NCBI GenBank assembly: GCA_964610305.1
Contig: CAZSVL010000002.1
Span: 40,522-104,521 of the forward strand
Origin: an uncultured Gammaproteobacteria bacterium
GTDB lineage: Bacteria > Patescibacteriota > Patescibacteriia > Magasanikbacterales > JBBTXJ01
Reading direction: 5' to 3'
Length of the DNA: 64,000 bases
Below, in pieces: positions 45,821 to 55,822 of the stretch. A program made the position numbers and the translations under genes. Position 1 is the stretch's first letter; the number at the start of each line of letters is the position of its first letter. The notes below the pieces were generated by a model. The model searched no databases. It was not told the DNA's origin and was given only the letters and a program-made list of their open reading frames with translations.

Positions 45821-46243
45821 ATGTTTGTGTTGGACAAGAAACCGCCGCGCAACATGGAGGTGGAAAAAGTGGGATTTTTTATCTCTCTTTTTTTGTTTTT
45901 GAGTATTATTAATGTGATTTTCAGGTTGGGTGTTAGCGCCAGCAGTGTCAGACTCCCTGCTGGACTTTTTGTGGTGGCACTGCTCGTACTCTTAAGAAGT
46001 AGGTGGAATCGCAGGCATGCTATCTCACTTGCAGCGGGAATGAAGCGTTTTGGACAGCTTCTCAATGATATGGTGGTCGGTCTTGGTCTTTTTGTTGTTT
46101 ATGTGTGTGGAGTTGGCTTAACAGCATTGAGCGTGCGATTGATCAGAAAGCGTCTTTTGCCTGTCAGCAAGAAGGGCGATACGTATTGGCAACAACTGGA
46201 CTTAAGCAAGCAAGAGCGATCAGCATATCTTGATCAATTCTAA
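45821..46243 (+). CDS. SxtJ-like membrane protein
   Basis: Three TM segments; G...L.VVY..GVG.T...R...K......DTYW...QF C-terminus; adjacent to the carbamoyltransferase. Confidence 0.6.
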   Translation: MFVLDKKPPRNMEVEKVGFFISLFLFLSIINVIFRLGVSASSVRLPAGLFVVALLVLLRSRWNRRHAISLAAGMKRFGQLLNDMVVGLGLFVVYVCGVGLTALSVRLIRKRLLPVSKKGDTYWQQLDLSKQERSAYLDQF

Positions 46244-46244
46244 T

Positions 46245-47993
46245 ATGACAGTACTTGGAATATCTTGCTATTATCATGATTCTGCAGCAGCACTTATTGT
46301 AGATGGAAAGCTTGTTGCTTGCGCAGAGCAAGAGCGGTTTTCGCGAAAAAAGCATGATAGCGATTTTCCGCTAGATGCCATAACTTTTTGCCTGCAGAAG
46401 GCGGGCATTACAATTGATCAGGTAGATGCGGTAGCTTTTTACGAAAAACCACTTCTAAAATTTGAACGGCTTTTGTTTTCTCATATAGATGGATTTCCTA
46501 AGAGCCTCCCAACGTTTCTTAAGGCCATGCCGTCATGGCTTGGGACAAAATTAAGATTGCAATCAAAAATAAAAAGGACGCTTAAATACAGGGGGCCGGT
46601 ATATTATGTTCATCACCACATGGCGCATGCCGCAGCAGCTTTTTTGGTGAGCCCGTTTAAACAGGCAGCTGTCTGCACCAGCGACGGCGTGGGGGAGTGG
46701 ACCACCAATTCCCTTGGTCATGCATCAGAAAAAGAGATTACCCTTAAAAAAGAGATCCGATTTCCGCATTCTCTTGGCTTGCTCTATTCTACCGTCACGG
46801 CATATCTTGGTTTTTCAGTGAACAATTCAGAGTATAAGGTTATGGGTCTGTCACCTAATGGAGATCCAAGCGTATATAGGGAGCATTTTAAGCAGATAAT
46901 TGATGTAGCCGAGGACGGCAGTTACGCTTTTGACATGAGCTACTTTAATTTTCATGTGGGATCGCGTATGCCCTCCAGAAAGTTTTGCGATTTGTTTGGC
47001 GGGCCAGCACGCGATGCTGAATCGGAGTTGCTGCAACGTCATAAAGATATTGCCGCAGCACTGCAGGAGCGGGTTGAGGAAATACAGCTCATGCAGTTGC
47101 GCCACCTTTACAATATAACTAATTGTGAGAATTTAGTGATGGGCGGTGGTGTGGCTCTCAATAGCGTCTTCAATGGCAAGATTTTAAGCGAGACGCCTTT
47201 TTCTAAGGTATGGATACACCCCAATGCAACCGATGGTGGATCAAGTGTGGGGGCAGCTTTTTATGTTTATAACACTGTTTTTGACAATGAGCGGGATTAT
47301 GAATTTAACAACCCTTACCAAGGCCCTGCGTTTAGCGACAGGCAGATAAAGGGGTTTTTAGAAGAGCATGGTGTGGTGTATGATCAGTTTGAAAGTAAGG
47401 ATGCTTTAGTTGAGCGTACGGCAGAGCTCTTAGTTGAAAACAAGGTTATTGGTTGGTTTCAGGGCGGCATGGAGTGGGGGCCCAGAGCGCTGGGCGCGCG
47501 CAGTATTATCTCAAACGCAAGCAATCCAGATATGAAGGAGATACTCAACACAAAGGTTAAGCATAGGGAGCCTTTTAGACCATTTGCGCCGGTAGTGTGT
47601 GCAGAGGATGCTCCTGTGTATTTTGAGTGCGACGTGCCTGTGCCTGTGCCCGCAGATTACATGCTTATGGTCTATCCCATAAAAAAAGAGTTTCATGACA
47701 GCATACCTGCGGTAACGCATGTAGATGGAAGCGGGAGACTCCAGACGGTGCGCAGAGAGCAAAATGAACTTTATTACGATGTAATAAAGGCTTTTGGCAG
47801 ACTCAGTGGTATCCCCATACTGGTAAACACTTCTTTTAATATCAGAGGCGAGCCTATTGTGTGCTCGCCATTTGATGCATATCGTTGTATGATGGGCACG
47901 GGCATAGATTGTTTAATAATGGGATCATTTGTAATCTTCAGGGAAAATAATCCTCAACACATGTGGGATAGTGAGCAGCTTGCCATAGATTAA
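46245..47993 (+). CDS. NodU/CmcH/SxtI-family O-carbamoyltransferase
   Basis: LGIS.YYHDSAAAL, EQERFSRKKHD, HH.AHAA, EYKVMGL, EWGPRALG.RS, RE.FRPFAP and NTSFN.RGEPIV motifs. Confidence 0.95.
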   Translation: MTVLGISCYYHDSAAALIVDGKLVACAEQERFSRKKHDSDFPLDAITFCLQKAGITIDQVDAVAFYEKPLLKFERLLFSHIDGFPKSLPTFLKAMPSWLGTKLRLQSKIKRTLKYRGPVYYVHHHMAHAAAAFLVSPFKQAAVCTSDGVGEWTTNSLGHASEKEITLKKEIRFPHSLGLLYSTVTAYLGFSVNNSEYKVMGLSPNGDPSVYREHFKQIIDVAEDGSYAFDMSYFNFHVGSRMPSRKFCDLFGGPARDAESELLQRHKDIAAALQERVEEIQLMQLRHLYNITNCENLVMGGGVALNSVFNGKILSETPFSKVWIHPNATDGGSSVGAAFYVYNTVFDNERDYEFNNPYQGPAFSDRQIKGFLEEHGVVYDQFESKDALVERTAELLVENKVIGWFQGGMEWGPRALGARSIISNASNPDMKEILNTKVKHREPFRPFAPVVCAEDAPVYFECDVPVPVPADYMLMVYPIKKEFHDSIPAVTHVDGSGRLQTVRREQNELYYDVIKAFGRLSGIPILVNTSFNIRGEPIVCSPFDAYRCMMGTGIDCLIMGSFVIFRENNPQHMWDSEQLAID

Positions 47994-47994
47994 T

Positions 47995-49572
47995 ATGAAA
48001 TTACTAAGGAGCATTACCAGATATCAGCTCAGCATTGCTGGGCTGTTTGTAATGGCGCTTTTTTTGCTTCTCTTTAGGTTGGACATGCGTTCTTTTTGGA
48101 CGGATGAGTGGTATTCGTTTAGGTTTTTTGACATGAGTTTATTTGAGTATTTAAAGTATTATTGGCAACATCCTGATAATCATCCGCCTGGTTTTTATGC
48201 CATTACCACGTCTTTTGTTAATTTCTTTGGAAGATCAGATGTTGTAGTTAGGCTGCCAGCTGTTATAGGTGGTTTGTGGGCCTTTGTGGCGAGCGCTTTT
48301 CTTATTAAAGAGACGGTGGTTAAGAATAGGAGGGGTATTATGCTGCTCTCGTTGCTGCTTATAGCAACCGCTCCTTACTTGATTCTAATAGGACAGACGG
48401 CGCGTTATTTTACCCTTGCGGCAGGCGCTGGACTTTCAGTGCTATATGCAATGCTTAGATTAATAAAGAAGCCCAGCATAGCCAGAGGATTGTGGTACGC
48501 TTTTGCGCTTGTTGTTGTGGGTTACCTTGATTACCCAACTCTTTTTTACAGTGTTTGTGGGAGTGGGGCGGTCATAGCACTTCATTATTTTCGCAATCGA
48601 CAAAAGCGGGCAGTTTATACGTGGCTTGGGTCTGGCCTTCTTGCTGGTTTAGTAGTTTCCCCGCTTGTTCCTATTTTGCTCGCGGAGATCAGGGCAGAAT
48701 CTTTATCTGGCCCTGATGTGCTCTCTGGCGGTCTTATGGCGTGGGGCATGCGCGTGCTGTCTTACGGGTATGCTCTTAGTCACGGCATGATAAGCTTGCC
48801 CTTTGGTATTGTTACCGTGTTGTGGCTCGTCTTATTTGCTATACTGGGATTTATTTTTCTTAAAAGGCGAAGGGCGGCAATTCCTCGGTTAGCAGAGCTT
48901 GATTATGTAATAGTCTACGGAGCTGTGGGGCTCATCTTAAATACGCTCCTTTTTGCTGCGCTTGAGAGATATAGCCCTATAGCATTTCCGCGTTATGTGC
49001 TTTTGTCGCTTTATCTGCTGTTTATAGTACTTTCTGCCTTCATAATGCGGCTTTCTGCATCAAGGCATATCAAGGCCGTTCTAGCGGGTCTTTTAGTGGC
49101 AATTCACGTTTTTGGACTAAGCGCTTATTACAGCAGATCTCATTTTGTGGACGCAACTTTTTTTGCCGACAATAGGGGTATGTTCGCTTTCGTAAAAGAA
49201 AACGCGCAGGAGGGCGATGCCCTTTTGCTTTCTGATGATTTGCCGGAAGAGATTTATCGGTGGTATAAGGAGCGCTATTTTGAGGGTCTGGTTACCTATG
49301 ATGGTAAGATAGAGACGCCGGCCGATAGGATTTGGGTGGTGGCGATGGCACATGATTATGCGGCAGGCAGTTGGGGGTCTGACTTGTTTGTTCATGAACT
49401 TGTGGATCGTCTTGGGAGCACTCAATGGCACATAAGCAAAAGTAGATACGGTTCACCTCTTCATGATGAAGTGGTCGCTATAAAAAGCGGTGTTACAGGC
49501 GTTCAAAGTTATCTGTATAAGGTGGGAGCCTTTTTAGTGGAAAAGCGTGTTGAGCCGTTGCCAGAGCTGTGA
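47995..49572 (+). CDS. GT-C fold (PMT/ArnT-like) membrane glycosyltransferase
   Basis: SFWTDE, HPPGFY, RLPAV..G and ARY motifs; many TM segments. Confidence 0.8.
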   Translation: MKLLRSITRYQLSIAGLFVMALFLLLFRLDMRSFWTDEWYSFRFFDMSLFEYLKYYWQHPDNHPPGFYAITTSFVNFFGRSDVVVRLPAVIGGLWAFVASAFLIKETVVKNRRGIMLLSLLLIATAPYLILIGQTARYFTLAAGAGLSVLYAMLRLIKKPSIARGLWYAFALVVVGYLDYPTLFYSVCGSGAVIALHYFRNRQKRAVYTWLGSGLLAGLVVSPLVPILLAEIRAESLSGPDVLSGGLMAWGMRVLSYGYALSHGMISLPFGIVTVLWLVLFAILGFIFLKRRRAAIPRLAELDYVIVYGAVGLILNTLLFAALERYSPIAFPRYVLLSLYLLFIVLSAFIMRLSASRHIKAVLAGLLVAIHVFGLSAYYSRSHFVDATFFADNRGMFAFVKENAQEGDALLLSDDLPEEIYRWYKERYFEGLVTYDGKIETPADRIWVVAMAHDYAAGSWGSDLFVHELVDRLGSTQWHISKSRYGSPLHDEVVAIKSGVTGVQSYLYKVGAFLVEKRVEPLPEL

Positions 49573-49585
49573 TAAGGTGTTTTGT

Positions 49586-49792
49586 ATGGAAGAAATGTTA
49601 GAACAAAAAAAAGAAGATCTGCAGCAGATCCCAGAGACAAATCCTGGTTTTTTTAGACAGTTTGCGCGTTTTTTACGCGTGAGAAAACTCTACTGGCTTA
49701 CCCCTATTGTACTCCTTCTTCTTTTGGTGGGAGTGCTTATTGTGGTGGGGCAAAGCTCTAGTGTCTCGCCTTTTATCTACGCTCTGTTTTAG
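49586..49792 (+). CDS. DUF5989 / SxtK-like small membrane protein
   Basis: RKLYWLTPIVLLLLLVG.LIV..QSS.VSPFIYALF. Confidence 0.8.
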   Translation: MEEMLEQKKEDLQQIPETNPGFFRQFARFLRVRKLYWLTPIVLLLLLVGVLIVVGQSSSVSPFIYALF

Positions 49793-49797
49793 AAACA

Positions 49798-50502
49798 CTA
49801 GCGCTCCAGCCAAAGATCAGCGCCCACACGGAGACCTTCAAGCATCATGGCTTTAGTCATTTTTGATGAGCCGGCCGTGCGATCCGCAAAGGTGATAGGA
49901 ATTTCTTTGAAGCGCGCTCCGCATTTCATAGCTCTGAATTTCATTTCAATTTGAAATCCATAGCCATCAGCCTTGATGGTGTTTTTTAAAATGCATTCTA
50001 AAAGGTCTCTTTTGTAACCAACAAATCCAGCAGTCGCATCTTTAGTTGGCAGTCCAGTTGCCGCTCGGGCATAGAGGTTTGCCGCCTTTGATAAGAGGAG
50101 GCGGTAAGAAGAGAACTCAGTAACGTTTCCACCGGGGACATAACGTGAACCAATGACCACATCATGGTTTGATAGAGCACTGATCATTGAGGATAAATAA
50201 CGTGGATGGTGAGATAAATCCGCATCCATTTGAACGATAGCGCTAATTTGTGAATCTGCTAGCACTTTTATAAATCCATCAATATATGACTGACCGAAGC
50301 TTTTAGGTTTTTGCCGCTTAAGTAGCTCTACAGCATTGTTTTTTTGTTGGTAGGATTCAACGGTCGTCGCGGTTCCGTCTGGCGATCCGTCGTCAACAAC
50401 TAAGACGTTTATGTCAGAATTCGCATATTGAAATATAGTATCCAATGTTTTTTCAATGGTGAGGGCTTCGTTGTACGTTGGTATTATAATGGTAGTTTTC
50501 AT
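49798..50502 (-). CDS. Polyprenol-phosphate glycosyltransferase (Dpm1-like, GT2)
   Basis: IIPTYNE, VVDDGSPDGT, QMDADLSH, GSRYV.GG and GY.FQIEM motifs. Confidence 0.9.
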   Translation of the reverse strand: MKTTIIIPTYNEALTIEKTLDTIFQYANSDINVLVVDDGSPDGTATTVESYQQKNNAVELLKRQKPKSFGQSYIDGFIKVLADSQISAIVQMDADLSHHPRYLSSMISALSNHDVVIGSRYVPGGNVTEFSSYRLLLSKAANLYARAATGLPTKDATAGFVGYKRDLLECILKNTIKADGYGFQIEMKFRAMKCGARFKEIPITFADRTAGSSKMTKAMMLEGLRVGADLWLER

Positions 50503-51896
50503 CGGCCCATGGCTTTTGCAATAATGTGGACGGTTTTAAGCACGATAACAATGTCCATCAGAAGGGATCGGTATTTCATATAGTATAGATCATATTCCAG
50601 TTTCACCAGATTTTCTTCTAGTGTTGCGCCGTAGCGGTAGCTTACTTGTGCCCAGCCGGTAAGACCGGGGCGAATAAGATGTCTAATACTATAGTAGGGC
50701 ATGCGTGATTGCAGTTGATCAACAAACGCAGCGCGCTCAGGTCTCGGGCCAATAAGATTCATTTCTCTTTTCAGGATATTCCATGATTGAGGAAGCTCAT
50801 CAATTCTGAGTTTTCTTAGCCATTTACCCACTTTGGTTATGCGCGTGTCATTAGCACTGGCAAATTGTGGGCCGCTCTCTTCTGCCAGCCCATCTTTACC
50901 TTTTGCATACATGGTTCTGAGTTTGTAAATGGTGAACGGCTTATTATGCAGGCCAACGCGTTTTTGTTTGATAAAAAGAGGTCTGCCTGATTCTGCTAAA
51001 ATAGCGATCGCCACAAAGGGAAGCAAAATGAGTAGTAGTAGGCCGAGCGCTATGGCAAAGCCAACGTCTGCAACCGTGCGCAGCGCATCGTAATATTGCT
51101 TTCGGCTTTCCCGCAAGTTTTGCCAAAACCAGCTCTCGTTTACCATATCGGCATTTACCCGGCCGGTTATGTGTTCATAAAAAGTAGCTAAATCTGCCAT
51201 TTCCACGCGCCAGAAAAGTAACTCATAGAGTTCTTTTTCTAGCTCTCCTGCGCGCGCAAGGTGAGGAGCGATTACCACGGTGTGGATTTCTTTGATGTCT
51301 ACTACTGATCTAATGCGCATGGGGTCCGAGAAAAGCTGCACGCTAGAGCTGATGTGGTGGGGAATAAGGTGCTGCTCTGGTTCCATGATTGCAGCCGTAG
51401 TAAAACCAAGCTGAGGATCTTTTGCAAATGAGGTGACAAGGTCCTCAACACGCGGATGAAATCCTAAAAATAGGATGGTGCGACGCAATAGTTTTGGACC
51501 AAGTGAGTGATTAAAAAGGGCGCGCCAAAGGGAAATCAGTACTATGCTAAGCAGTACCGTTAGTACTAAATTGGTTTTTGGCGTGATTCTAAAGGCGGGA
51601 ACAAAGTAAAAGAACATGAGCCCCACAAAAAAGTTTGCGATGAAGCTAATGAGAAGATTTTGGAAAAAACGAATTGAATTTTTTGCCTTCCTAATATCGT
51701 AGAGGCCATTGATAAAAAAGATTATAACCCACAGAGCAAAAACGATCCCAAAGGCAACTCGGTGCGTACTCCAATAGGGGCCAATGTCAAGCGTTTTGTA
51801 GCGAATCATAAGAGCCACAAGAAGCGCTCCTTGCATGAGCAATAGATCGGCAGCGGCTAGAATAATTTGTTTAAACTTTATGACCCGGTTATTCAT
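50499..51896 (-). CDS. Polyprenyl glycosylphosphotransferase (WcaJ/WbaP-like initiating transferase)
   Basis: Four N-terminal TMs; F.IYK.RTM, D.RITKVGK.LRK.RIDELPQ, GPRPE and RPGLTGWAQV motifs. Confidence 0.92.
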   Translation of the reverse strand: MNNRVIKFKQIILAAADLLLMQGALLVALMIRYKTLDIGPYWSTHRVAFGIVFALWVIIFFINGLYDIRKAKNSIRFFQNLLISFIANFFVGLMFFYFVPAFRITPKTNLVLTVLLSIVLISLWRALFNHSLGPKLLRRTILFLGFHPRVEDLVTSFAKDPQLGFTTAAIMEPEQHLIPHHISSSVQLFSDPMRIRSVVDIKEIHTVVIAPHLARAGELEKELYELLFWRVEMADLATFYEHITGRVNADMVNESWFWQNLRESRKQYYDALRTVADVGFAIALGLLLLILLPFVAIAILAESGRPLFIKQKRVGLHNKPFTIYKLRTMYAKGKDGLAEESGPQFASANDTRITKVGKWLRKLRIDELPQSWNILKREMNLIGPRPERAAFVDQLQSRMPYYSIRHLIRPGLTGWAQVSYRYGATLEENLVKLEYDLYYMKYRSLLMDIVIVLKTVHIIAKAMGR

Positions 51897-51984
51897 AGAT
51901 GCCTTGAGCTTATCAAAAAGAGGGGTTTTTTTCAAGATAGACCCTTGCACAGGAGCGAGGTGGCTGATATAGTTGATCTATTCT

Positions 51985-53985
51985 ATGTTTAAAAGCAGTA
52001 TTACAGTGGCAGCAGGGCGTTTCTTGGCGCTCGCTTTTTTAATAGGAAGTCTGGTGGCAACACCGGTTTTTGCTAAGCTGCCAAATGATCCCTATACTTT
52101 GGGTTCGTGGTTTTTTGATATTATCAATGCAAAGGAGGCGTGGGATCTTCAGACAAGTGCGCGCGATATTGTGGTGGCGGTGATTGATGGGCCGGTAGAC
52201 ACTAACCATCCAGAGCTAAAGAATAATCTATGGAGCAATCCTGCAGAGCGCAAAGACGGCGTGGATAACGATGGCAACGGGAAGACTGATGATGTTATAG
52301 GGTGGGATTTTATACATATGGATGGAGACCCTTCTCCTCAAATGGAGGGCGCGCGTGATACACTGGCGTTTCATCATGGGACAACCGTTGCGGGGATTAT
52401 TGGGGCAGAGGGGAATAATAAAACGGCGGTATCAGGCATGGCCTGGGATGTAAAAATAATGCCACTTCAGGTATTAGATGAAGATGGGAGCGGTTTGGTT
52501 GATCATGTGGTTCAAGCGGTAGAATACGCCATAGAGCAGAAGGTGGATATCATAAATTTGAGTTTTGTGGGTGATGATTATGATCATGATTTTTATAAAG
52601 TGGTAAAGCGAGCTTACCATGAGGGAATTGTGGTGGTTGCCGCTTCTGGCAACGATGGCAATGGAAAAGGCGGAGGAAACTTGAATTTTAAGAGGCGCTA
52701 CCCGGTGTGTTTGGATAGCGATGAGCAAGTACCCTTTTTACTTGGTGTAGCTTCTACTGATAAGAGGGATGAGCCCTCTATTTTCACCAATCATGGTAGT
52801 GGATGCATAGATATCTCTGCGCCCGGTTCTGGCATAACAAGCTTGTCAGTTCATGATCCAAGCAACGGTTTTCCCTCTCAAATACTAACGGGAATTTCTG
52901 GTACCTCTATAGCGGCACCGTTTGTCTCAGGAGTTGCTGCGCTCATAAAACAGCGCCATCCTGATATGAGCGCTGGATCAATTATTGATGTTATAAAGAG
53001 ATCTGCAGATGATATTGATGATAAATCAGATTTGGCGCGTGGTGCAATGGGCGCTGGAAGATTAAACGCCCAGAACGCATTAAAGTTAGCGGCGCAGGAT
53101 CGTGGTGGGCATGGGGCAGAATTTGTAGTGATGTTTGATGGTGGTCAGTGGACCAATGTGAGGCATTTTGCTCATGATTATAAAAAGATAACGCAGTTTA
53201 TTACTCCAGTGCCGTTTGCAGATATCATCACACTGGAGATTATTGATATCAACAGAGATGGCGTGCAGGAGGTAGTTTACGCTTACGCGAGTGATGAAGG
53301 TACGCGTTTGGTAGCGTATTCATTGGAGGGTTACAAAATTTTTGAATCGGTTATTTCTGCCGAAGTGGTAAGAACGGTAGGCTTAGCAGGAGCAGATGTG
53401 CTGCGCAATGGGGACGGTGGTGTTGTGGTGGGATTTCCTTCTGAGGGTCAATTCAAGATAGTAGAGTATAAGGCTGATGGAGATATTTTTCACTGGTTTA
53501 TTGGTGGGGAACTAGAGAGCGATCTAGAATCTGTTTCAGTTTCTTTTTCTGATACGGGATTTATTTATGGTCTAGCACACTACGGAACTCATACCGTTCG
53601 GTCAACATGGAATTTTATAGGCGCATTTGATAAATCAAAACGTTTTGATGTGCCTGATGGAAATGCACGCCCTATTGCGGGCAATGGTAACGGTAGTGTT
53701 TTGGCATACGGAGCCGCCAAGGAGCGCTCTTCAGCGGTGACCGTTATTAAAGAAGGAGAAGCTGCGGCAACCACTTTTTCACCGTATGGCAGTTTTTTGG
53801 GCGGTAGTTCAGTTACCCTTATTGATTGGGATGTAGATGGTCAGGAGGAAGTTGTTGTGGGGGCTGGGCCAGGCGGAGGACCTCATGTTAAAATATTTTC
53901 TTTGGAGGGTGAGCTAGAGGGAGAGTTTCTAGCGCATGGACCGCAATATCATCACGGAATTTTTGCCCGCGCCTTTTTAAAGTAG
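51985..53985 (+). CDS. Secreted S8 subtilisin-like serine protease with FG-GAP-like C-terminal repeats
   Basis: VAVID, HGT.VAGII and GTS.AAPFVSG triad; D.D.DG..EVVVG.GPGGGPHVKIF. Confidence 0.92.
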   Translation: MFKSSITVAAGRFLALAFLIGSLVATPVFAKLPNDPYTLGSWFFDIINAKEAWDLQTSARDIVVAVIDGPVDTNHPELKNNLWSNPAERKDGVDNDGNGKTDDVIGWDFIHMDGDPSPQMEGARDTLAFHHGTTVAGIIGAEGNNKTAVSGMAWDVKIMPLQVLDEDGSGLVDHVVQAVEYAIEQKVDIINLSFVGDDYDHDFYKVVKRAYHEGIVVVAASGNDGNGKGGGNLNFKRRYPVCLDSDEQVPFLLGVASTDKRDEPSIFTNHGSGCIDISAPGSGITSLSVHDPSNGFPSQILTGISGTSIAAPFVSGVAALIKQRHPDMSAGSIIDVIKRSADDIDDKSDLARGAMGAGRLNAQNALKLAAQDRGGHGAEFVVMFDGGQWTNVRHFAHDYKKITQFITPVPFADIITLEIIDINRDGVQEVVYAYASDEGTRLVAYSLEGYKIFESVISAEVVRTVGLAGADVLRNGDGGVVVGFPSEGQFKIVEYKADGDIFHWFIGGELESDLESVSVSFSDTGFIYGLAHYGTHTVRSTWNFIGAFDKSKRFDVPDGNARPIAGNGNGSVLAYGAAKERSSAVTVIKEGEAAATTFSPYGSFLGGSSVTLIDWDVDGQEEVVVGAGPGGGPHVKIFSLEGELEGEFLAHGPQYHHGIFARAFLK

Positions 53986-53989
53986 TAGT

Positions 53990-54940
53990 ATGAAAAAAAA
54001 GATATTGATTGGTGGGGGTGTAGCCTTGGTGGCACTTTTTTTTCTCTTGAAGTGGCAGCTAGATACACAAGCCATTGATGTGGATTCTTTGCAAGAAGTG
54101 GTAGCTTCAGATTTTTTATGGCCGTCTGGCCCTCCACTCTTGGTGCTTAAAGACTTGCAAGTAGATTTTAAAAAAACAACGTTTGTACTTGATGCTGGAA
54201 GTTTGACTCAACAACCCTTTTCCTCTGATTGGCATTTTAGATTTGTCAATCATAATGCGCTGTATGCCTTTACAAAAAAAAGGGAAATGGGACGCTCAGA
54301 ATTGCAAACACAGATTTACCGGATAGACCCAAAAGAATTGCTCCCGTTTGCTTTTAAACGATTTGGATCCAGAAGGCTGCTAGATCTGTATCCTAACAAA
54401 GATGGATCGCGGGTAGTTGTTATGTCTCGTATAGGCGAGACATCCAGCTACGAGTTTTGCAAATTGGCTTTTGGAGACCCTGAAAGGGTGGGGTGTCAGC
54501 ATAGACTAACGGTTACAGGGGAGAACATTAAATTTGCCTGGGATGATCAGGAAATGTTTGCTTTAACGTCAGAAAAAGAGGGTCACATAAATGTTTACGG
54601 ATCCGCCAGCGAACTAACGAGTCTAAGTGTTGATGAGCAAAAAGAGGAGTATGCGCTCTGGGAGGCAAGAATGAACAAGGACCGGGCCGCCAAGGTGCCG
54701 GCAAGAAGTTGGCGTGGATACTTGCTTGTTGATGATATGAGTGGCCGAACGCTGTTTAAAGCAAAATCTGCTAGAGCAGTTATTGTTGGATTAGACCGCG
54801 TCTTGCTTCTTGTCGATGGTAGATTGCTTGCCATAGATACAAAAAATCGCACTAAAGCGACCATTTTAGCTAATCCTAGTTTGAATGCGTCAACCATTTT
54901 AGTAGGAGGTGTTCAGGGAGATACGTTTATTTTTAATTAA
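53990..54940 (+). CDS. Hypothetical membrane-anchored protein
   Basis: N-terminal TM; beta-rich extracellular region. Confidence 0.7.
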   Translation: MKKKILIGGGVALVALFFLLKWQLDTQAIDVDSLQEVVASDFLWPSGPPLLVLKDLQVDFKKTTFVLDAGSLTQQPFSSDWHFRFVNHNALYAFTKKREMGRSELQTQIYRIDPKELLPFAFKRFGSRRLLDLYPNKDGSRVVVMSRIGETSSYEFCKLAFGDPERVGCQHRLTVTGENIKFAWDDQEMFALTSEKEGHINVYGSASELTSLSVDEQKEEYALWEARMNKDRAAKVPARSWRGYLLVDDMSGRTLFKAKSARAVIVGLDRVLLLVDGRLLAIDTKNRTKATILANPSLNASTILVGGVQGDTFIFN

Positions 54941-55460
54941 GAGGTACAACGGTTCCGGTTATGCGGTTTCTATGAATAGGGCCGTATTCTCTTGAGTCAA
55001 TGCTGTTTTCCCTGTTGTCTCCTATAACAAAGTAGTGATGAGGCGGTATGTCAATGCTCTTGCGGGCTAACCCACGCGCTGCTGTTACAATAAATTCTCC
55101 CAAGTAGTCTTCCTCTAGAACGGTCTGCTTGCCAGAGCTGTCGGTAACGGTTATGCCATTGTTAACTATAGCCAGAGATTCTCCGGGCAAGCCAACAATA
55201 CGTTTTACAATAAGGGCATTTTCACGGGAAGGGTGATAGAGCTGAACAACATCACCGCGCTGTGGCGTCTTAAAATAGAGGGAGACGCGATTAACAATAA
55301 ACAGCGTGTCATCTTGCAGGTTTGGGTCCATTGAGAGCCCTTCTACTCTTCCTAATTCTAGTACAAAAAAGCGTATAAAAAAAACGGCAATTACTACCTG
55401 CACGGTAATAAATGCTACTTTTGCAAGGTATGAGCTGATTGCGGCGCTGCGAGTAGACAT
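54933..55460 (-). CDS. lepB: Signal peptidase I
   Basis: V.G.SM.P, RGDVV, IVKRIVGLPGE and YFVIGDNRENS.DSR.YG motifs; start ATG 55460. Confidence 0.92.
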   Translation of the reverse strand: MSTRSAAISSYLAKVAFITVQVVIAVFFIRFFVLELGRVEGLSMDPNLQDDTLFIVNRVSLYFKTPQRGDVVQLYHPSRENALIVKRIVGLPGESLAIVNNGITVTDSSGKQTVLEEDYLGEFIVTAARGLARKSIDIPPHHYFVIGDNRENSIDSREYGPIHRNRITGTVVPLN

Positions 55461-55474
55461 GTTATACTTGTCTA

Positions 55475-55822
55475 ATGGAGAATGCGTGGTACGCACTACA
55501 AAACATAGGATTTGGTCTTAAATATGCATCGCTTTCCTTGTTAGCGGCCGATGCCGCCATAGGATTTGTGGTGGGTTTTGTAATGGCCACTTTTATGTAT
55601 CTATTTATAATGACAGAGCGTAGCCCGGTTCATATAAAGGAGATGGTGCGTCATAAAGATCCGGCACACGCCTTTACTAAAGTTTCAGCCAAGAATAAAA
55701 AAGGTATTTTTACAGACTCCTTTACATCTTTTCAAAATGAATATCACCAAGTGAGAACGCTTGTCTTTGGTACGGTGATATTATTTTTGATTGTCGTAAT
55801 GATTGCTGTTAGTCGCTATTGA
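55475..55822 (+). CDS. Hypothetical two-TM protein
   Basis: 115-aa ORF; TATACT six nt before the ATG. Confidence 0.65.
   Translation: MENAWYALQNIGFGLKYASLSLLAADAAIGFVVGFVMATFMYLFIMTERSPVHIKEMVRHKDPAHAFTKVSAKNKKGIFTDSFTSFQNEYHQVRTLVFGTVILFLIVVMIAVSRY

Noticed and set aside
45821-49792. Saxitoxin biosynthesis cluster
   Set aside because: No sxtA/sxtG or other core genes; the context is glycan synthesis.
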